This document shows, piece after piece, positions 56,817 through 64,000 of a stretch of DNA of 64,000 nucleotides; within the stretch, counting starts at the first letter, position 1; every line of letters begins with the position of its first letter. The stretch is from Histomonas meleagridis 2922-C6/04-290x (lineage: Eukaryota > Protista > Parabasalia), in assembly GCA_020184695.1 (NCBI GenBank), contig JAANOX010000117.1:62001-126000 (forward strand). Reading direction: 5' to 3'. Under the pieces are notes generated by a model, which saw nothing but the letters and a program-made list of their open reading frames with translations, was not told the DNA's origin and did no database searches. The position numbers and the translations under genes are program-made.

Positions 56817-59174
56817 TCATAAATGATTAATAATATTTTCTTCTTCAAAATCTTTAGCAAATGGATCTTCTTCAACATATGAAAGATTATTACATATTTC
56901 GAATTTGTTTGAAATTTCATTTCCATTTCCATTTTCATTTTGTTCATTATTACTGTTCATTTCGTTCTTATGGTTATTTCGTTGATGAATTAAAATGATA
57001 ATAATAACAATAATTATAATTATGATAATAATGATTATACTAACAATGATAATAATAATATAAATTTGATTTTCGTTATTATTATCATTAAATTCATTCG
57101 TAAAATAAATTATAAAATTCGTATAAAAACTAATTTTCGAATAATATTTAATGATCGTATATTCATAATATATAAAATTATTATAAGTAATAATATATGT
57201 TAAATTAGAATATGAAAAATAAATCGAATTCGATAAAAATGATTTATTTATTATATAACTTTCGACAAAAGAATATGTGAAAAGTAAAGTTTTTGTGAAA
57301 TATCCATTCGATATATAACTTTGTAATGATATTGTTGATCTGGTAAAAGTATTCAAATTAGAAAATGAATTCGATTTGGTAAATGTATTTGATTGAGTAA
57401 ATAAATTTGATTTAGTGAATGTATTTGATTTTGTAAATGTATTCGATTTAGTGAATGTGTGTGTTGGCCATTGATATTGTGCACATCCTTCAATTGATGA
57501 GCCTTTAGATACATCGAGTGTACCAAATGTTGCGTCTTCATATAAATCTGATGTCATAACATATTTTGCTGTTATATTATCAAAGACATTTGAATTTTGA
57601 AATGTTGGTGAAGAATAACCTTTATAATATATACATGTAAGATTAGAGCAGTGTTGAAATGCATAACTTCCAATTCTTGATACACTTTCACCAATGATAA
57701 CTGTTCCTAAAGATTTACATAATTCAAATGCAGAACTTCCAATTGTTGTTACACTATTTCCAATTATAATATTTTTCAAGTTATCGCATGATTGAAATGC
57801 TGCATAGTCAATTGAAGTAACTGAATCTGGGATTGTAATATTTATTAATTTGGAACATGACTGAAATGCTGCATCGCCAATTGAAGTAACTGAATCTGGA
57901 ATTGTGATATTTATTAATTTGGAACATGATTGAAATGCATAACTTCCAATTGTTGTAACTGAATGAAAAATTATTACATTTGTTAATGAAGTACATCTAC
58001 AAAATGCATGACTTCCAATTATTTGAACTGAATTCGGAATTGTTATATTTGTTATTGAATGACAATGATAAAATGCGTAATCTTCAATTGTTATAACTGA
58101 ATCTGAAATTATTACATATGTAAATGAAAAACATTTATAGAATGCATAACATCCAATTGTTATAACTGAATTTGGAATTTCAAATGTTTCATTTTTGATT
58201 CCCAATGGATAACAAATAATTGTCGTAAAGTTTTTGTTATATAGAATTCCATTATTACTATTTGAGAAATTATCATTTTCATCAGATACATTAAAAAATT
58301 GAAGATTTTCACATTTTATAAAAGAATTTGATGTAATTAATGTAACTGACTTTGGAATTGTAATGTTTCGTAATGAAGAACATGAACGAAATGTGTTGTT
58401 GCAAATTTCTTTGACATTTTCACCAATAATAACTATTTCTAATGAGGAACATTCGTAAAATACAAATTCATTAATTGCTGTAACACTTTCTCCAATAGTG
58501 GCTGTTGTTAAATTAGAGCATGATAGAAATGTACGATTACCAATTGATGTAACTGAATTGCCAATTTCAACAGAAACTAAATTTGACCAACTAGAAAAAG
58601 CATTATCTGCAATTATTTCAACACTTCCATTAATTATAAGATATTTTGTTCGAGTTTTATATAAATCAATATTTTCAAATTCATTTGAATTCGATATAAT
58701 AAGTGTTTGGGTTATATTATCAAATGTTTCAAATGATTGAATGAAAAAAAGAACAAATAAAAATGGAAGAATTCTGAATTTAAACTTTTCTTTGCTGAAA
58801 ATATTTCGATTTAAATTTCTTAAATAATTTCTTATTTTGATGATACAAAATAAAATAAACACTGTAAATTTTTGAAAAAAAGATAAAACATAAGAATAAT
58901 TCTGTATAAAATCTAAATAATTATACAAATGTTTTAAATTTGTATTTGAAATAAGACATTCTTGAAGTTTTAAAATAGAATATTTTGAGATAAAAGTAGA
59001 TAAAAAAATTGTTGAGATCGACAAAAATGAATATATTAAACATAAATAAAATGAAAAAGCATGAAAAATAGTATGGTAAATATAATGTGATATATTCTTA
59101 AAAAATTGATCAAAAATAAGGACTTTCAAACATGGGTGGTTGTATATTAGAAGCAAAGCGTGAGTCGGAATCAT
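56817..59174 (-). CDS. BspA-like LRR surface protein, ectodomain A with anchor Y
   Basis: LRRs nearly identical to 28327. Anchor, tail and about 100 nt of 3' flank match 44587. Confidence 0.92.
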   Translation of the reverse strand: MIPTHALLLIYNHPCLKVLIFDQFFKNISHYIYHTIFHAFSFYLCLIYSFLSISTIFLSTFISKYSILKLQECLISNTNLKHLYNYLDFIQNYSYVLSFFQKFTVFILFCIIKIRNYLRNLNRNIFSKEKFKFRILPFLFVLFFIQSFETFDNITQTLIISNSNEFENIDLYKTRTKYLIINGSVEIIADNAFSSWSNLVSVEIGNSVTSIGNRTFLSCSNLTTATIGESVTAINEFVFYECSSLEIVIIGENVKEICNNTFRSCSSLRNITIPKSVTLITSNSFIKCENLQFFNVSDENDNFSNSNNGILYNKNFTTIICYPLGIKNETFEIPNSVITIGCYAFYKCFSFTYVIISDSVITIEDYAFYHCHSITNITIPNSVQIIGSHAFCRCTSLTNVIIFHSVTTIGSYAFQSCSKLINITIPDSVTSIGDAAFQSCSKLINITIPDSVTSIDYAAFQSCDNLKNIIIGNSVTTIGSSAFELCKSLGTVIIGESVSRIGSYAFQHCSNLTCIYYKGYSSPTFQNSNVFDNITAKYVMTSDLYEDATFGTLDVSKGSSIEGCAQYQWPTHTFTKSNTFTKSNTFTKSNLFTQSNTFTKSNSFSNLNTFTRSTISLQSYISNGYFTKTLLFTYSFVESYIINKSFLSNSIYFSYSNLTYIITYNNFIYYEYTIIKYYSKISFYTNFIIYFTNEFNDNNNENQIYIIIIIVSIIIIIIIIIIVIIIILIHQRNNHKNEMNSNNEQNENGNGNEISNKFEICNNLSYVEEDPFAKDFEEENIINHL

Positions 59175-59739
59175 ATTTATAAGTTTTGATGAGAAGAGTT
59201 AACAATGTCCCAAATTAGAATGGGAAATATAAAATTGAAGGCGGATCGTAACGGTCGTCTTTTTCTCAGTACCATAACAAGTCATTTAATTCCGAGTGAA
59301 TAAATTTTTTTGACAACAAATCTTTGAGTAATTACTCGCTTAAATCTACCGACTTTTTAAATATAAACATTCAATACTTTATACAAACTTTTTGAATGAA
59401 AATTAGGTAAGTAAAAAACATTAATTTAATTTCAGAAATAAATATTTATAACTCTCAACAATACAACAATAAGAAATAAATATTTTATTCATATAATTTA
59501 ACTTCTTTATACATTATAAAGTATTCAAAGAAATATTATTCTTCAACGTTCGTTCAATCATCAAATGACGACATGGCAATCCAAATATTTGATGCAACAA
59601 TTGTCTGAAAAAGTAATAGAAAGTGCCAACTTTTCTTGTAAATCAATGTACTCTGAAGAATTATTGCCAGCGCATAAGAACCAATTTTATCCATGTCATT
59701 AAAATTCATTAACTGCTCAGGTAAATCTTCTTTTCATTA

Positions 59740-60610
59740 ATGGACGATAATAATAGTCTTACACCTCTAATATATAATGCGCCCACGAGATTTGAGAGTG
59801 TCTGTAATTTGTGTTCTATTAGGTTTTTCAAAGAACCAAAGAAACCTTCAATACTGTTTGTAGTTACATATAATGAAATATAATGTTCTCGACGATATAA
59901 TTGAAAATGAAAGAATTTGACTTCTTACATTTTCATCTTCAGATAAAATAACTAATTATGGCATTCCAAAAAAGTTTGTGCAATGAGTATCATTTATTAT
60001 TCTAATATCTTTTGAATAATCTGTATGAGTAATTGGATCGTGAAAAATGTAGCATGACTCCATCTTCTTCTCCTTATTCACATTCATTAAATTAGACCAA
60101 TTTATCCATTCTTTTATCTCATTGAATAAATTGTTAATTTCATTATTCTTTAATTCTGCTAGCAGAATTTAGAACATCTTTTGTACAAGTTAAACTTTCC
60201 TGCATTCTTTGTGCATAAGCAGAAACTCCGATTCTTGTAGCACATCTAATCCTCTCCTTTTGGGATACTGTTAAGTGGTTTCGAATTCGATGTTGTATAA
60301 GTGCTCCAATTAAATGTATATGCAAATTATCACATGAATGGAATGTTACAATCTTTGTTCTTGACAATAGTTAAATCTTACGCAAGCTTTGCAATGATAA
60401 ATTGTAGTTCTATATTGACAAAAAAAGACATTTAGTTTGTGTGAATTCCCTGTTGAGCAAGAAACGAATCGAAATTTAAAATAATCTTAAACTTCACGAA
60501 CTCTTGCAAGAGTTAATAAGTGAAGAAACATCCAGAAATATAGCACCATCTATATCTTTAAAAGCTGATAATAGAAGAAAAGGAGTTTGATAATCATCAT
60601 TGTCCGACAT
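59740..60610 (-). mobile_element. Decayed, internally deleted Mutator (MULE) transposase
   Basis: DTHCTNFFGMP*LVILSEDENVRSQILSFSII at about 59991 matches the MULE first-Asp motif DxTYxTNxxxxPL. TTNSIEGFFGSLK at about 59864. N-terminal CKACVRF..H.H zinc-ribbon-like remnant. Many stops and frameshifts. Confidence 0.72.
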
Positions 60611-60724
60611 AGATTCCGTACATGACAATAACGCCCTCTTTTAATGAACTATTTAGAAGTATCCTATCGGCTGTCAGTTCATCTCTATCGTACTTGATCG
60701 TTTTACATTCAATCGGTTGTCATC

Positions 60725-61001
60725 CAGGCTTGGGCAATTTCAATTTTGTGTTCCGTCACTTTTTTCAATTTATGGTTGACCAAATTGATTTATGAAAAAA
60801 TTGGGAAAAGTGACTAACCGCAAATTACTCCGAAAAAGTTCGAAAATTGAAATAAAATAACCGTAAATTGAAACCGCTCAATTTACGGTTCGATAAATTG
60901 AAATTGGCCAACATTGAAAAAAGTGACTCGCCTTAAATTGAAATTGGCCAATTCCCAATTTACGGTTATTGAAATTGGTCAATTTAATTTGCGCAAGCCT
61001 G
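60725..61001. mobile_element. 277-bp hAT-type MITE
   Basis: TIRs CAGGCTTGGGCAATTT / AATTTGCGCAAGCCTG, exact 8-bp TSD TTGTCATC (60717-60724 and 61002-61009), subterminal repeats AAATTGAAATTGGCCAA and CAATTTACGGTT. Confidence 0.88.
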
Positions 61002-61310
61002 TTGTCATCCTTTCTGATTGTCCTAATTTACAAATAGAATTACTACATCTAATGAATTCAATAAAAGAGATACATATTAATATCAAACATATATTTGGTG
61101 TGGGAAAAAGTGCATTTATCCCATATAAAATTATCTAATTTTGCATTTTCTTTTGTTCACTGTTATATATTATGTCTTTATTTAGCTTCATAAGGTAAAC
61201 AATATAATGATCCTTCCACTCAATCAACTCTATTTACCATTACTAACTATACGATTGTAGGGTAAAACAAATTTTACTAATATAGTTTAATTTTTATAAA
61301 CATAACAAGG

Positions 61311-62058
61311 AAAATTTTTGGGGAATCGTTTTTTGCTACAGACAAACCTTGCCAATTTTAGTAGAAAAAATTGTGTAAAAAAGGCGGGGAATTCCCTGGG
61401 GTTTTTGGAAATGTGATATAAAAAATTGTTCTGACCATTCATCAACAAATATTGAAGAAACAACACCTGTTCTCTTTACCCCTATTATAGACTTTTTAGA
61501 CATTTTCGTTTTTAATTTCAACTTCCAGTTCAGCTCATTAAATCATTCGGTCTCTCTCATTTGTGATTTAGTACACCTAATTTATTAATATAGAAATTTA
61601 ATCATTTTATCCATCACATTTAGGCTTTCAATGTTTCGTATCTCATTTAATCATTACTATCTCATTTATCTCTCTCTTTCAAACATCTGTGATTCACTTA
61701 ATCATTTTTTGCATTTTTGTCTATTTTGTTTAATTTTTTAGTATGTATTTTAAAATAGTTTTTGTGTTTTTAAATCTTTAGTTATATGTTTGAATTTGTG
61801 GTTTAACTTCCCCAGTTATTACTTCAGTTTTTGAATATAAATCCGATGATTTTTCATTCATTTGATTCTATCGTTGGAAATCTGCGTTGGGTTTTTTAAA
61901 AGTGTTCTCAACAATTTTTTCATCAAAATCTGACGTTTTGCTCCATCTATTTTTTATCTAACAAATTTAATCACAGCAAAATGACATCTAAATTATTTTT
62001 TTGCGACTAAAATTGACAAGGTTTGTCTGTAGCAAAAAACGATTGTCCAAAATTTTTT
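61311..62058. repeat. About 60-bp inverted repeat pair (61311-61372 and 61996-62058) enclosing about 620 nt
   Basis: Core AATCGTTTTTTGCTACAGACAAACCTTGyCAATTTTAGT and its reverse complement. No TSD found. Confidence 0.8.
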
Positions 62059-62153
62059 GGTCGTTTAAAAATGACTAAAAACAAAGGGGCTACGCTGTCA
62101 CTTTTTGTAACACATCACTTTTTTGGTTCATTTTTTTCCTCCCAGAAACAAAA

Positions 62154-64000
62154 ATGGGTAATGATCTAAGTATTATACCAACACACAAAACTGTGCAACC
62201 TTCTGAGCCCCAATTTACTCCAAATGAAGAATATATTTCTTATTTGAAAGATATTGAACAAATTCTTATCAGTTTAAGTGAAAGTAATGTTGAATCACAA
62301 GCTCAATTAGCAATCAGTAAGTTCGATGTTAATTTTCCAGATTCTTTTAATCTTATTATTAGTAGATTAATTATTTCATCATATATTTCACAAAAGAAAG
62401 ATATAAATGTAACACCATATATTGAATTTTTAAAGACAATGGAAGAGAAAGAAAAAGATATTAATACCAGTATTCACACAATAACAGATATTTTTATTTG
62501 GTATCTTCAACATTCGGTTCAACAATCAAATTATTTTTTACAAAATATGTTAGAACAAAATTTGTGCAAACCAAAAATCATCAAAAACATCAACTCTCCT
62601 TATTTTTTTCATATGAAGACTAAAGAAGAAATTCATAGAATAGGTATACGCAAGCCACCACGTTTTTACCATGATTTTCTTTCAAGTATTCAAACTCTTG
62701 AAAAAGATGATTGGAAACTTCATAAAGAATTAATTCACAAAGGAGTTAATCCATCTGAGATTGCAATAATAATTCGAAACGATGATGTTAAAAAGCTACA
62801 AGAAATATCTTCGCAAAATAATTTTGATTTCAACCAAAAGGTGGAACCATCTCTTTATGAAAGATATAATTATATTAATTTTTCTGAAGTATCTCTTATT
62901 GAATATGCAGCATTCTTCGGCTCGATTGAATGTTTTAAGTTTTTAATGTTAAATAACTCTTCTTTGGATAAATGTGGTAAATATGCAATTGCAGGTGGTA
63001 ACTTAGAAATAATTCATCTTTGTGAACAAAGTCATTCTACATTTGCAGATTCATTAGATGCAGCTATAATTTTTCATCGAAATGATATATTTAAATATTT
63101 ATATGATCACAATATTGGGAATATCAAAAAATTGGAATTATATGGAAGAATTTGTATTGAAAATAATAATTTTGAGATTTTATCATATTTGGAAGAAAAA
63201 GGAATTAAAATTACAGAACTAATGCCTTGCATAGCAGCAGAAAATGGAAATTTATTTTTAATAAAACACTTTATTGGTGAAAATCAATATCCGAATAATA
63301 TTTTGGGTTATTCTGCATCTTTTGGAAGTGCAGAACTTGTTAAATATATTCTAAAGCAAAATGGAATTAACATAAATACGAAACATGAAGTTTATTTAAA
63401 TATTCCTATATTATTTAAAAATATTTGGAATTTTTTCATAACATTTAAAACAGCACTTATGATTGCTTGTGAAAAATGTCATTATGAGGTTGTAGAAGTT
63501 CTTCTTAAAGAAGAAGGAATCGATATAAATGCTAAAGATATTTACATTTTTCATTTGATTTATAATTGATTCCTTCAATGTTTTAACAAAATATTTAAAC
63601 TTTTTTGTTGTTTTTTGGAACAGCACTTATGAAAGCATGTGAAAGTGGAAATTGCAAAATTGTAAAATTACTTCTTAAGCAAAAAGGAATTGATCTTAAT
63701 GCTAAGAATGTTTTAATGGTTAATTTATATTTTATTCCTTAAATTTTATACTTAATAATATTTTTTGAAATTTATTCATTTTATTGATGTCAGCATTTCT
63801 GTATGCATGCAAAAATGATAAAATAAAATTAATTAAATTACTATTAGAACAAGAAGGTATTGATATAAATGCAAAAAATGTCTTTTAGTTTATTCTAATG
63901 CATTTTTTCCATTGTATTTGGAATACAAATATAATTCTTTTTACAGCACTCATATTTGTATCAGCTTTCGGATACTGTGATATTCTCAAATTATTACTTA
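62154..64000 (+). CDS. DUF3447-type ankyrin-repeat protein with spacer-interrupted C-terminal array; MGxxxS N-myristoylation consensus; runs off the window
   Basis: 471-aa ORF (SLIEYAAFFGSIECFKFL) followed by 30-codon ankyrin cores at 63620, 63790 and 63943 in shifted or stop-separated frames. Confidence 0.75.

Noticed and set aside
63450-63453. ACAG as a canonical 3' splice site for the ankyrin spacers
   Set aside because: The AG arises from Thr-Ala codons, is absent where the core starts Thr-Pro or Ala-Pro, is out of phase with the GT donors, and no ACTAAC branch motif precedes it.
1-64000. CRISPR array, rRNA or prokaryotic operon structure
   Set aside because: The only regular repeats are coding stalk and LRR/ankyrin units, and gene content is eukaryotic.

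Overview
AT-rich eukaryotic DNA, most likely a parabasalid (trichomonad, Tritrichomonas/Histomonas-like). This assignment is inferred from the BspA and DUF3447-ankyrin expansions, Inr/M5-like core promoters, flagellar genes and apparently intronless CDSs. Compact blocks of housekeeping genes (Rab, CapZ-alpha, tRNA-Lys, VPS13-like, amino-acid transporter, profilin, RPS17, RSPH1, CFAP161, CLASP, GRIP golgin, F-BAR/SH3) alternate with accessory blocks. The accessory blocks hold about ten BspA-like LRR surface-protein genes or fragments, ankyrin genes, a Mutator transposase relic and a hAT-type MITE. Four main observations follow. (1) Ankyrin arrays at four separate loci are interrupted at the same inter-repeat position by 20-81 nt T-rich spacers that break the frame. 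The spacers lack canonical intron ends, are often 80-81 nt long, and carry an RTATTTGGAA-like motif exactly 19 nt before the next repeat, suggesting an undescribed RNA-processing or recoding element. (2) BspA genes form a complete 2x2 mix of ectodomains and anchor modules, joined within an 18-bp stalk repeat, with orphan cassettes nearby. (3) All four BspA subfamilies keep about 125-180 codons of open frame upstream of the signal-like segment. (4) One BspA gene is split by a single in-frame TGA that its inverted duplicate shares. No database searches or expression data were available, so family calls come from motif recognition.
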